A DNA stretch of 55,470 bases from IMG/VR virus record IMGVR_UViG_3300031612_000002, positions 62,001 through 117,470 of that record. One strand, 5' to 3'. The position numbers were made by a program, and so were the translations under genes. How positions within the stretch are numbered: position 1 is the first letter of the stretch; each line of letters starts with the position of its first letter. Source of the stretch: an uncultured virus (IMG/VR IMGVR_UViG_3300031612_000002). Lineage: Duplodnaviria > Heunggongvirae > Uroviricota > Caudoviricetes. Of the stretch, positions 9,534-18,453 are shown one piece after another. The notes below the pieces were generated by a model that saw nothing but the letters and a program-made list of their open reading frames with translations, did not search any database and was not told the DNA's origin.

Positions 9534-10951
9534 GCGAATATGAAAATAATTCAGCAATCGTAGTTGAATATAAATCAAAGTATTACAAAGTATTAGACAA
9601 AGCAACTAAGGGACAGTTACAAGCAGCATGGGATATGAACAATTCCAGTAAAGATGATGATATGATTGAAGTATCATATCCATCTGGATTGTCTGTACAC
9701 GCAGTGCTTATTGTAAAAACAACAGCAGCGACAGATGACGAATTCCGTAATCTTGGTGGTAAATGTTTTTCCAAATATAATAAAAAGCGCAGTCATGTTT
9801 ATTTTGAGTTTAATGATAAGACCTCTGCGTCTATCATCGAAGGTGCACGTCTTGCTGCATACTCATTCAGCAAGTACAAGACAGATTACGCAAGTGATGC
9901 GTTTACATATATTCACGGTACAGATTCAATAAAAACCATTGAAGAAAGTGTATTCTTAGCACGTGACCTAGTTACTGAGCCGGGTAACGAACTGTATCCA
10001 GAAGAGTACGCGGATCGTATCAACCAAATGTTAACACCGTTAGGTGTAACGGTAAAGGTCATGCATGAGAAGTTTCTACGTAAACTAGGATTTGATCTAC
10101 TATTGAGTGTTGGTGAAGGTTCTGATCGTGACAGTTATGTTGTTGTGATGGAATACATGAATGCTGGTACAGATGCAGCACCACTTGCTCTAGTAGGAAA
10201 AGGTGTTACATTTGATTCTGGTGGTATCTCACTAAAGCCTGGAAAGGGTATGGGTGATATGAAGACTGACATGGGTGGTTCAGCAGCAGTGGTTGGTGCT
10301 ATGCATGCAATTGCTTCACAGAATGTAAAAGCCAATGTAGTAGGAATCGTAGGACTTGTAGAAAACATGCCGTCTGGTGGTGCAACCCGTCCAGGAGATG
10401 TGATTGGGTCATTGAATGGTCAAACAGTTGAGAACTTGAATACAGATGCAGAAGGTCGCTTAGTACTTGCTGATATTCTAACATATGTACAAAATGAATA
10501 CAAGCCATCAGAGATCATTGATTTGGCAACATTAACTGGTGCTATTTTGGTAACACTGGGTCACGAAGCAGCAGGCTTGTTTAGTAATTCTACTGGTTTC
10601 GCTAGTCATATTGCATCAGTTGGTTCAGATGCGGGAGAGAATTATTTCCGTATGCCGATGGGCAAAGTATGGAATAAGATGATTGATTCGCCTATTGCAG
10701 ATATGCAGAACATTGGTGGTCCGTATGGTGGTTCTACCACAGCAGCAGAGTTCTTATATCGTTTCGTTGATAGTGATACTCCATGGGCGCATTTGGATAT
10801 TGCTGGAATGGCATGGACTGATAGTCCTAAAGATACAACACCAAAAGGTGCAGTAGGATTTGGCGTGCGTACCCTGTACGATATCGCTTGTGGGTTAACC
10901 CACGACCAACCAACGACTCACTGGGCGATTGATCCAGATATGCAATACTAA
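9530..10951 (+). CDS. pepA: leucyl aminopeptidase (peptidase M17)
   Basis: GKGVTFDSGG, MKTDMGG, NTDAEGRL, LATLTGA, HLDIAG. Confidence 0.93.
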   Translation: MSEYENNSAIVVEYKSKYYKVLDKATKGQLQAAWDMNNSSKDDDMIEVSYPSGLSVHAVLIVKTTAATDDEFRNLGGKCFSKYNKKRSHVYFEFNDKTSASIIEGARLAAYSFSKYKTDYASDAFTYIHGTDSIKTIEESVFLARDLVTEPGNELYPEEYADRINQMLTPLGVTVKVMHEKFLRKLGFDLLLSVGEGSDRDSYVVVMEYMNAGTDAAPLALVGKGVTFDSGGISLKPGKGMGDMKTDMGGSAAVVGAMHAIASQNVKANVVGIVGLVENMPSGGATRPGDVIGSLNGQTVENLNTDAEGRLVLADILTYVQNEYKPSEIIDLATLTGAILVTLGHEAAGLFSNSTGFASHIASVGSDAGENYFRMPMGKVWNKMIDSPIADMQNIGGPYGGSTTAAEFLYRFVDSDTPWAHLDIAGMAWTDSPKDTTPKGAVGFGVRTLYDIACGLTHDQPTTHWAIDPDMQY

Positions 10952-10961
10952 TCATTAAGTA

Positions 10962-11000
10962 CTCTCTTTATAATGATAAATACTATTATTATAAAGAGAG
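10962..11000 (+). promoter_or_regulatory. late TAAATA promoter inside a 17-bp hairpin that covers the RBS
   Basis: CTCTCTTTATAATGATA-aatac-TATTATTATAAAGAGAG; TAAATA at 10977-10982. Confidence 0.7.
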
Positions 11001-11009
11001 ATTAATCCA

Positions 11010-11483
11010 ATGGCATTTAGAGGCATACAAACAACAAATTTAATAAGTACAGACACAGCATTTGATGATTCTTTACTTATATTAAATAAATCAGGAACTA
11101 CCCCAGAAGATGTGGGATTCTTAGGAAGAATCGGTGCATCATCTTATGCTGGACTGATAAAAGATTCCGATTCTGGAAAATTCATTCTAATTGATTCGAT
11201 TACGTTAAGTTCACAGACTAACAATGATGTCAGTGCAATGGACGCAAGTCTGGTAAAAGGTACACTAGACGTTGGTACAATCAATGCGTCTGTTATCAAC
11301 ACAGATGTCATGAATATAAGCACGACTGAGTTCGTACTACCAAAAGGTACAGAAGCACAACGTCCTACCAACCCCGTAGAAGCACAGATGTTTTTCAATA
11401 CAGAAACCAAAATGTTTGAAGGATATGACGGAACATCATGGATACAACTAATCCCCGCTACATTCGTACCAGCTACGCCATAA
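11010..11483 (+). CDS. virion structural / tail-fibre-associated protein
   Basis: LPKGTEAQRP...FFNTETKMFEGYDGTSW, a module common in phage fibres; late promoter. Confidence 0.7.
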   Translation: MAFRGIQTTNLISTDTAFDDSLLILNKSGTTPEDVGFLGRIGASSYAGLIKDSDSGKFILIDSITLSSQTNNDVSAMDASLVKGTLDVGTINASVINTDVMNISTTEFVLPKGTEAQRPTNPVEAQMFFNTETKMFEGYDGTSWIQLIPATFVPATP

Positions 11484-11515
11484 TCACAACATAGTTAACG
11501 CTATCTCTTTAATGA

Positions 11516-11521
11516 TAAATA
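11516..11521 (+). promoter_or_regulatory. late TAAATA promoter
   Basis: TAATGATAAATACTATTATTA shared with the 10977 site. Confidence 0.7.
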
Positions 11522-11545
11522 CTATTATTAGAATAGGAGTATCTT

Positions 11546-11722
11546 ATGGCTAAGATAGCAGAAACAGTCATCGTGATTAAAGCAAGTAAATTGTTAAAAG
11601 ATGGTGAAGAATCAATAGAAGTATTAGATAGCGAAGCAATCGCCCAACTTACAGCAGTAATTGAAGAATTGGCTGGTGTTGGTGTATTGATTGAAATTGA
11701 AACATTAGACGGACAAGAATAA
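11546..11722 (+). CDS. small late protein (58 aa, not in ORF track)
   Basis: AGGAG RBS; MAKIAETVIVIKASKLLKD...IEIETLDGQE*. Confidence 0.75.
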   Translation: MAKIAETVIVIKASKLLKDGEESIEVLDSEAIAQLTAVIEELAGVGVLIEIETLDGQE

Positions 11723-11723
11723 A

Positions 11724-12095
11724 ATGGCTAGTTCAACAGTAATTTTAACAAACAAGGCAGAAATGTCATACACAGGCGATAAAGCCAGAGGTGATGGATT
11801 TTATGGATACAGTGATGGTTTACATACCGTTAGTTTTCATGTAAATAATTTCACGGGTCGTATTTGGTTACAAGCAACATTGCTTGATTCTCCAACAGAA
11901 GCCGATTGGTTCAATATTGCATTAGCAACAGCAACTGAATATTTGCAGATAGATGGCACATCGGCAACAGAAGGTGTCACATTTGTTGGTAATTTTGTAT
12001 ATGTACGTGCAAAAATAGACAGAACGTATTTGGTTGATCAGACATATGATCCATCAGTGCATGGCTCGGTAAACAAAATAGTATTAATGATTTAA
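11724..12095 (+). CDS. putative structural protein
   Basis: 123 aa beta-rich protein (GDGFYG..GLHTV..FVGNFVYVRA) in a late operon. Confidence 0.7.
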   Translation: MASSTVILTNKAEMSYTGDKARGDGFYGYSDGLHTVSFHVNNFTGRIWLQATLLDSPTEADWFNIALATATEYLQIDGTSATEGVTFVGNFVYVRAKIDRTYLVDQTYDPSVHGSVNKIVLMI

Positions 12096-12106
12096 GGAGT
12101 TAAAAA

Positions 12107-14548
12107 ATGGCAATTAACGCAGCAAGGCCACGTGCAGTCACTGATGGATCACAATCAGGTATCGTTGATACCGAAATGCGAGTAACGCATGGTGATTTAT
12201 TAAAGTATGACGCAACAAAGAAAATGTATGTACCAGCATCTGGTAATACGTTTGCACTAAGTGAGTTTTTCAATGACCTTGATGTCATTTCACTTGCGGA
12301 TGTTAATTCAGCAATTGATGCCCATGCAATAGCAGGTGCAAGCAATGGCGACGCTATTGATTTGTCATCATATGCAACCGATGCGCAAGTACAATCATTA
12401 TTCGCTGCATATGTACCAGTTGTAGATTATACCAATGTAACAAACACACCATCATTGGCATCATATGCAACTAGTGCATACGTAGATCAACAAGTAGCAG
12501 CAGTTGCTGTATTCAGTGGAAATTTTGCTGATTTGGTTGGCACACCTACAATATTCAGTGGTAGTTATAGTGATTTACTCAATGTACCAATTATTCCAAG
12601 TATTGATGGATTATCTACGATTGCGTATGTAGATCAACAAATTGCAGCAGTAACACATCCAGCAACTGATTTATCTGCACATGCATTGATAAGTAGTTTG
12701 CCAACTGATGTAAATGAATTAACAGACACAACTGGGCTACTTACGACGGATTTATCTGCGCATTCAACCATAGCATACGTTGATCAGCAAATTGCAAATG
12801 TAAGTGGTACTGATCTTAGTGATTATGTAACTTCAACTTCATTAACTAGTTCGCTTGCAGGATATGCATTGACATCGTCTGTGTTCGGTGGTAGTTATAC
12901 TGATCTAACTAATGTACCACAAGATTTGGTAACAACGGGTTATCTTGCGAATACATTAGCAAGTTATCAGCCATCTATTGATTTAAGTGGGTATGCATTA
13001 ACGACTTCTTTATTCAGTGGTGACTATACAGATTTAACTAACAAGCCTACAGTATTCAGTGGCAATTTTGCTGATTTGATCGGTACACCTATCATATTCA
13101 GTGGTAGTTATACTGATTTGACAGATCAGCCAATTATTCCAAGTATTGCTGGATTATCAACGATTTCATATGTAGATCAACAAATTGCAAATGTCGCTGG
13201 TGGTGGTATTATTGATTTGTCTAGTTATGTAACAGATGCAGAGTTAGCAACATCATTGGCAGATTATCAACCAACAGTTGATTTAAGTTCATATGCAACT
13301 ACTACTTCACTAAACACTGCTATTTCAGCAATCGTACACCCAACTATACCAACAGACGTACGTGACTTAACGGATACCACAAGTTTGTTAGGCGGTGGTG
13401 GAACGACCAATTATAACGATTTAACTAACACGCCGACAATCCCAAGTATTGCAGGATTGGCAACAGAAACATATGTGACTAATGCAATTAGCAGTGCAAG
13501 TATCGCTGCCATTAGTTCAATAAATGACTTAAATGATGTTGCAATAGACGGTACAGAAGCAAATACACATACTCTTATGTACAATGCATTGAGTTCAATG
13601 TGGGAGAATGTAGACTTATCAGAAAACTGGGCAAGTAAAGATTATGTCACATCGCAATTATCATCATTTAGTACAGATGGCACAATTGATTTAGAAGGAT
13701 ATGCTAGAGAAAGTTGGACAATACAGAAATTAGTAGAACGCGGAAACCACTTTAGTGGAAACTATAATGATTTAGTGAATCGTCCTATATTGTTTAGTGG
13801 TGATTATAATGATTTATACAATACTCCAACAGAACAATCTGCATCGTTGTCACTTACATTAGTCGACAATGTATTAGCATTAAGTAACGGAAACCAGATT
13901 GACTTAGGTGATCTTGCATTAGATTATAACAACTTTACAAACTCGCCGACATTGTTTACTGGCGATTACAATGCGCTAATAAATTTACCAGTACTGTTTA
14001 GTGGTAATTATTTAGACCTAGCCAATAAGCCTTATATTCCGAGTATTGCCGGGTTAGCAACTGAAGATTTTGTTAATAACCGATGGGCAGAACCAGATAT
14101 TACTGGTGATAGAAACTTCACTCATAATGTTGAGTTTAGAGCAGACATTAGACAAGTAGCAAGTGGGGTATCAACTACTGCACAGAAACGTGACTTGGTA
14201 TTTGCAATACAAACTACTGATGCAATAGAAACAGAAGTATCATTTAGTGATAGTACTTATATTACATTATCTGATAATACAACTGCTAAATTTACTGCTA
14301 CCTATGTTGCTACTAGTGGCACTGTACATGATAGTTTTAAAGTTACTGGAATTGTTCACAAGATGGCAGGTAATTTGGTTGCAATCGGAAATAATAGTTA
14401 TGAAGTAACACAAGATAGTGATTCTGGATTCACTGGTGTAGTATCAGTCGATAGCGTTAACGATAGAATGACAGTTACAGTTCAAGGCGCAGCCGCTACT
14501 ACTGTAGACTGGGTTGTATTTGTTGAACTAACAGAAGTAACACGATAA
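12107..14548 (+). CDS. tail-fibre-like repeat protein
   Basis: Many FSG(S/D/N)YxDLxNxP, DLSxYA and YVDQQIA repeats; AAGGAG RBS. Confidence 0.8.
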   Translation: MAINAARPRAVTDGSQSGIVDTEMRVTHGDLLKYDATKKMYVPASGNTFALSEFFNDLDVISLADVNSAIDAHAIAGASNGDAIDLSSYATDAQVQSLFAAYVPVVDYTNVTNTPSLASYATSAYVDQQVAAVAVFSGNFADLVGTPTIFSGSYSDLLNVPIIPSIDGLSTIAYVDQQIAAVTHPATDLSAHALISSLPTDVNELTDTTGLLTTDLSAHSTIAYVDQQIANVSGTDLSDYVTSTSLTSSLAGYALTSSVFGGSYTDLTNVPQDLVTTGYLANTLASYQPSIDLSGYALTTSLFSGDYTDLTNKPTVFSGNFADLIGTPIIFSGSYTDLTDQPIIPSIAGLSTISYVDQQIANVAGGGIIDLSSYVTDAELATSLADYQPTVDLSSYATTTSLNTAISAIVHPTIPTDVRDLTDTTSLLGGGGTTNYNDLTNTPTIPSIAGLATETYVTNAISSASIAAISSINDLNDVAIDGTEANTHTLMYNALSSMWENVDLSENWASKDYVTSQLSSFSTDGTIDLEGYARESWTIQKLVERGNHFSGNYNDLVNRPILFSGDYNDLYNTPTEQSASLSLTLVDNVLALSNGNQIDLGDLALDYNNFTNSPTLFTGDYNALINLPVLFSGNYLDLANKPYIPSIAGLATEDFVNNRWAEPDITGDRNFTHNVEFRADIRQVASGVSTTAQKRDLVFAIQTTDAIETEVSFSDSTYITLSDNTTAKFTATYVATSGTVHDSFKVTGIVHKMAGNLVAIGNNSYEVTQDSDSGFTGVVSVDSVNDRMTVTVQGAAATTVDWVVFVELTEVTR
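12511..13188 (+). repeat. imperfect ~135 bp direct repeat within the fibre gene (about 12511-12645 and 13054-13188)
   Basis: Both copies encode FSGNFADLxGTPxIFSGSYxDL..PIIPSIxGLSTIxYVDQQIA. Confidence 0.8.
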
Positions 14549-14560
14549 TTATTTTCAATA

Positions 14561-14617
14561 AAAGATAAATACAATTAGTGCAAAAGCACACAAAATTAAA
14601 ATTAAAGGAGTCAAATT
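14561..14617 (+). promoter_or_regulatory. late promoter + 5' mini-hairpin leader, copy 1
   Basis: AAAGATAAATACA..TAGTGCAAAAGCACA..AAAGGAGTCA; repeated at 14951. Confidence 0.75.
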
Positions 14618-14884
14618 ATGACAACTAAAGTAAACAACACATGGGCAGTAGGACAATTCGTAACAGGATCTGTAGATCACTTCACACTAACAGCAGGCGG
14701 GGCAATCGTTGCAACAGACCTAGAAGCAATCACCGTGGCAGTAGCACAAAAAGCAACAATCGTTTTAATCGGTGCACTTGGTGATACTACTCTTAACATC
14801 GCAATCGAAAATGACGGCGCTTGGACAGCAGCAGACCTAGAAGCAGCATTGACAGGTTACACAGTAGCAGTTCTTGCATACTAA
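14618..14884 (+). CDS. small abundant virion protein (paralogue A)
   Basis: Ala/Thr/Gly-rich, strong GCA/ACA/GTA codon bias, WTAADL motif, own promoter and terminator. Confidence 0.75.
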   Translation: MTTKVNNTWAVGQFVTGSVDHFTLTAGGAIVATDLEAITVAVAQKATIVLIGALGDTTLNIAIENDGAWTAADLEAALTGYTVAVLAY

Positions 14885-14907
14885 TCTAAGTTGAAATTAA
14901 CAATTTT

Positions 14908-14931
14908 AAAACCACCTTCGGGTGGTTTTTT
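14908..14931 (+). terminator. intrinsic terminator
   Basis: AAAACCACC-TTCG-GGTGGTTTTTT. Confidence 0.9.
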
Positions 14932-14950
14932 ATTGGCCAGAAATAATTAA

Positions 14951-15004
14951 AAAGATAAATACATATAGTGCAAAAGCACAGATAATTAAAAAGGAGTCAT
15001 AAAC
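14951..15004 (+). promoter_or_regulatory. late promoter + 5' mini-hairpin leader, copy 2
   Basis: AAAGATAAATACATATAGTGCAAAAGCACA..AAAGGAGTCA. Confidence 0.75.
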
Positions 15005-15310
15005 ATGGCAACACGTAATCCAGCAAACGAAATCGAATTTAACGTAGTTAACTTTGGTGCAACAGTATCAATTTTTGCAATAGCAGGCGCAACAGGTGCA
15101 GACGCACAAGTAGCACCAGGCGAAGACATGGAAGCATTCATCGAAGCAGTACAGATGAAAGGCACATCATTGGGACTTGGCGTATTTGCATCAGGCGCAT
15201 TCAACGTTTATGTTGAAGGTTCATCTTGGACAGCAGCAGACCTACAAACAGCAGTACAGGCAACTGGCGGCGTTTTCGCAGCAGCAACTGTTACTGACGG
15301 CGGACTATAA
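15005..15310 (+). CDS. small abundant virion protein (paralogue B)
   Basis: Same codon bias and WTAADL motif as 14618. Confidence 0.75.
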   Translation: MATRNPANEIEFNVVNFGATVSIFAIAGATGADAQVAPGEDMEAFIEAVQMKGTSLGLGVFASGAFNVYVEGSSWTAADLQTAVQATGGVFAAATVTDGGL

Positions 15311-15331
15311 GACTAACGTTTTAAGTTAATT

Positions 15332-15370
15332 AAAAAACCGAGTATGTTTTCCTGCATGCTCGGTTTTTTT
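15332..15370 (+). terminator. intrinsic terminator
   Basis: AAAAAACCGAGTATG...CATGCTCGGTTTTTTT. Confidence 0.85.
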
Positions 15371-15417
15371 ACGGCTTGACTTTATATAAATACTATCATA
15401 TAATAGAGGAAGTAAAT

Positions 15418-15669
15418 ATGTCAAATACAGATTTAAATGAAGACGGTAAAGTAAGTATGCTAGAAGCATTTCCATATTGGTTTGATAGATTGAGATTGTT
15501 TCCAAGAGCATTCATTAGTGTATATATCTATTTGTTATATGATGTATCGCAATGGTTCATGCTACTAGAAGATCCTAACATGGCACAAGCGGGATTAGTA
15601 TCAGTCATAGTGGGTGCAGGCGCAGCATGGTTTGGTCTGTATGTGAGTTCAGATTCACAAAAAACATAA
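15418..15669 (+). CDS. small two-TM membrane protein (holin-like candidate)
   Basis: TAAATA 15387, GAGG RBS; RLFPR + 2 hydrophobic helices; N-terminal DLNEDGKVS. Confidence 0.6.
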   Translation: MSNTDLNEDGKVSMLEAFPYWFDRLRLFPRAFISVYIYLLYDVSQWFMLLEDPNMAQAGLVSVIVGAGAAWFGLYVSSDSQKT

Positions 15670-15689
15670 AAACAAAAGGATTAAGTAAA

Positions 15690-16256
15690 ATGTATTATCA
15701 GCATCACATTCAATTAAAAACAGCAGAGCCGTTAACACAAGTACAAGCATTAACTTGGTATAAGGCAGTTAAGGAATTTTCACCAATTGAAACAGTATTA
15801 AAGTATCAGTTAGGTGAAGATCTAATAGGCATGGAGTATGGTCATTGTGCAGATTGCGATTTCCCTCATACATATGTTGTCCCGTTAACACGTGATATCA
15901 CAGCAGAAGAAGCATTGTTTATTGTTAATGTCTGGGATTATCAATTTGATGGTGATTTTGATATTGAATTGTCTAGTCAATATGATGCTGGTATAATGGG
16001 AAGTATGGATAGTTCAGTTCATATTGATGAAGATGTAAAAAATCAAGCAGTGTTTGATATGAAGAAGTGGCATCATAATCGCTGGGTTAGTGAGAAAGTG
16101 TCTGAAGGTTGGAGACATGGATCTTATTTCAATTCATCAGAAAAAACGCATCCAGCATTGCGAGATTGGGATAGTCTTACAGAAACGCATCGTCGCGCAC
16201 CAGAGTTTGATAATAATGAAATATTGGAATGGTTAGAAAGACGCGGAATAATCTAG
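15690..16256 (+). CDS. RyR-domain protein
   Basis: C-terminal HNRWVSEKVSEGWRHG...KTHPALRDWDSL. Confidence 0.7.
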   Translation: MYYQHHIQLKTAEPLTQVQALTWYKAVKEFSPIETVLKYQLGEDLIGMEYGHCADCDFPHTYVVPLTRDITAEEALFIVNVWDYQFDGDFDIELSSQYDAGIMGSMDSSVHIDEDVKNQAVFDMKKWHHNRWVSEKVSEGWRHGSYFNSSEKTHPALRDWDSLTETHRRAPEFDNNEILEWLERRGII

Positions 16257-16285
16257 TTGACGTAGTATCATTATTGTGTTATAAT
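16257..16285 (+). promoter_or_regulatory. sigma70-type promoter
   Basis: TTGACG-N17-TATAAT. Confidence 0.7.
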
Positions 16286-16292
16286 ATTCTTT

Positions 16293-16631
16293 ATGAAAAT
16301 AATAGAAATGCTACACGTTACCGTACATGTAATAACCATCTCACGTTACGAATATCAGATACACGCAGAAACACCACCACGTGAGAAGATGGGATATTAC
16401 CCATATCTATCTGATTGGTATGTGAATGATGCTTTAGGTAAACATCTATGTAATATAGAAGACCCTAATAATCTTGATATAAGATTTGAGTTAGATCATG
16501 CATCTGATTGCTATCGTCTTGCTATCACCGCATGGTTGTCTACAACCGATATTGATAAGATTGAAACAGCGTTCTTTATTAACCTACCCCGAATAAATTC
16601 TCGTAATGATACTAAATATAAGTATGAATAA
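16293..16631 (+). CDS. hypothetical protein
   Basis: 112 aa ORF just after the promoter. Confidence 0.6.
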   Translation: MKIIEMLHVTVHVITISRYEYQIHAETPPREKMGYYPYLSDWYVNDALGKHLCNIEDPNNLDIRFELDHASDCYRLAITAWLSTTDIDKIETAFFINLPRINSRNDTKYKYE

Positions 16632-16872
16632 TAAAATACCCACAGTAGAGCAATTAGTAGAAATCGCAAGAGAAGTAGAAATTGAAGATCCCATTAATTG
16701 GGAAGAGTTAAATGTGAGTGAAGAGTCAGCATATAACCTCATAGCGAATCAGGTATTGTCTGATCATATGATGCGAAGCCCAGATGATCACGAAGTAGTG
16801 TTACTTGCAACGGTCACAAAATTGATTGTTGAAAATTTCATATTAAACATAAAGTTGTTACAAAATAAGTAA
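16624..16872 (+). CDS. hypothetical protein (probably leaderless late mRNA)
   Basis: TAAATA 16613-16618, N5, ATG. Confidence 0.65.
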   Translation: MNNKIPTVEQLVEIAREVEIEDPINWEELNVSEESAYNLIANQVLSDHMMRSPDDHEVVLLATVTKLIVENFILNIKLLQNK

Positions 16873-17273
16873 TGTTACTTGGATTTGATTTAGTCCGTTG
16901 CTTGAGCGATATTCTAGAAAAGAAAGTAGATTATAGCGATGTGTTACTAATAGTAACTTGCGTTGAAATTGATTTCAGAGATGACGACCAATGGAATATA
17001 TTCTGGAAGAATACGATTGATCCTATTCATTTGATGATGGGAAATAACAGACATAAATTGAATTTCTACGATAAAGAAGATGTTCACAATTTGATAGATG
17101 ATTTGTTATTTGATGGAAAATTAGTAAAACGAGAACGCACACACGTGCTAGATTCAATAAGTAGTTTGCCAAATTATTGGTACAACATTATACCGTTAGA
17201 AGAACATATGACACCCGCAGTTCAAGATGCTTGGGATTATTTCAAGATGCTTGAAGCATTGTGCAGAAGTTAG
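16872..17273 (+). CDS. hypothetical protein
   Basis: 133 aa, TAATG coupling. Confidence 0.7.
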   Translation: MLLGFDLVRCLSDILEKKVDYSDVLLIVTCVEIDFRDDDQWNIFWKNTIDPIHLMMGNNRHKLNFYDKEDVHNLIDDLLFDGKLVKRERTHVLDSISSLPNYWYNIIPLEEHMTPAVQDAWDYFKMLEALCRS

Positions 17274-17343
17274 TGTACTTTAAAACTCTCAGTAAATTAA
17301 ACAACAGCATAAATACTACTATAATTAATAGAGGTATTATGTC

Positions 17344-17583
17344 ATGTCCATGTCTTTAGAAGAAGAAATTAAACAACTAAAAATATTAGCAGGAATTTAT
17401 CAACCGTACAATACCGATAAGGATATTGTAGACGGAGATGATGAATCTAATATATCAATTACGGGTTCAGAAAAACGTAAACTTGAACGAGAGCATGACA
17501 TCAAGCCTGGCACGCCCGAATGGTTTAAACTATGGTTTTCGTTGCCAAAAATGACAGGCGAAAAGCCGTATGAAAAGGATTAG
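17344..17583 (+). CDS. conserved phage late protein
   Basis: TAAATA 17310; LKILAGI and IKPGTPEWFKLWFS motifs. Confidence 0.7.
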   Translation: MSMSLEEEIKQLKILAGIYQPYNTDKDIVDGDDESNISITGSEKRKLEREHDIKPGTPEWFKLWFSLPKMTGEKPYEKD

Positions 17584-17586
17584 ATT

Positions 17587-18453
17587 ATGAGATTAAATGA
17601 ATTTGATGGTTCAATGAGAATCACAGAAGGTAAGGGCGCGTTCCCAGGAGTTGGTGCAATCCATGTATCCGAAATAACTCCCACATTGCAATCATTAGAG
17701 AAAGTGTTAGGTATTGATTTGCTTAACAATGTATTAGGTTCAGTGGGTAAGAAGCAATTTTCAGGTGATATTGATGTAGCATTAAATATCCCAGCAGAAG
17801 ATATCCCAGCCTTCTATGAAAAATTAAAGACTATTCCAGAAATAATTGATACGTCAAAGAGTAGTGTTATCATGACAAAAGTAAAAATACAAGATTATGA
17901 TGACAGTAAAGAAGTTGATGGAAAAGATAGAACTGGTTTTGTCCAAGTTGATTTTATGCCAGGCGATCCTGATTGGATGAAGGTGTATTATCATTCACCA
18001 CATGAAGCAGGAATGTCAGATGATGGTCGTTCAAGTAAGTACAAAGGTATGCATCGTAACATTATGGTTGCGTCAATTGCAGCAGTATTTAATAGAGAAA
18101 ATCGTGGTAATCAACTACCAGACGGACGATATGAAGAAACAGAAATGTTTATGTTTAGCCCAAGAGATGGATTAGTTCGTGTTAATCGTACACCAGTACC
18201 AAGAAAAGATGGTAATGGATTCACAGCAAAAAACAAGAACACAATAATTGCTGGACCTTGGAAGACAGATGAGCAGATTGCAGATGTATTAAACCTAGGT
18301 GATAGTGATGTGTTGTATAGTCTTGAGACATTGGTAGATGCGGTAACACAGAATTTCACAGATGAAGATAAAAATACGATATTTGCAAATTTTGCAAATA
18401 ATGCACAAGTAGGTGCAGTTGGTATTCCAGATGAACTAAAGGATCACGTATGA
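17587..18453 (+). CDS. Pol-beta-superfamily nucleotidyltransferase, putative internal head protein
   Basis: LGSVGKK..SGDIDV and VQVDFM; N-terminus MRLNE. Confidence 0.7.
   Translation: MRLNEFDGSMRITEGKGAFPGVGAIHVSEITPTLQSLEKVLGIDLLNNVLGSVGKKQFSGDIDVALNIPAEDIPAFYEKLKTIPEIIDTSKSSVIMTKVKIQDYDDSKEVDGKDRTGFVQVDFMPGDPDWMKVYYHSPHEAGMSDDGRSSKYKGMHRNIMVASIAAVFNRENRGNQLPDGRYEETEMFMFSPRDGLVRVNRTPVPRKDGNGFTAKNKNTIIAGPWKTDEQIADVLNLGDSDVLYSLETLVDAVTQNFTDEDKNTIFANFANNAQVGAVGIPDELKDHV

Noticed and set aside
12107..14548. Repeats as a DGR template/variable pair
   Set aside because: Differences are not adenine-specific, both copies are in-frame, and no reverse transcriptase is present
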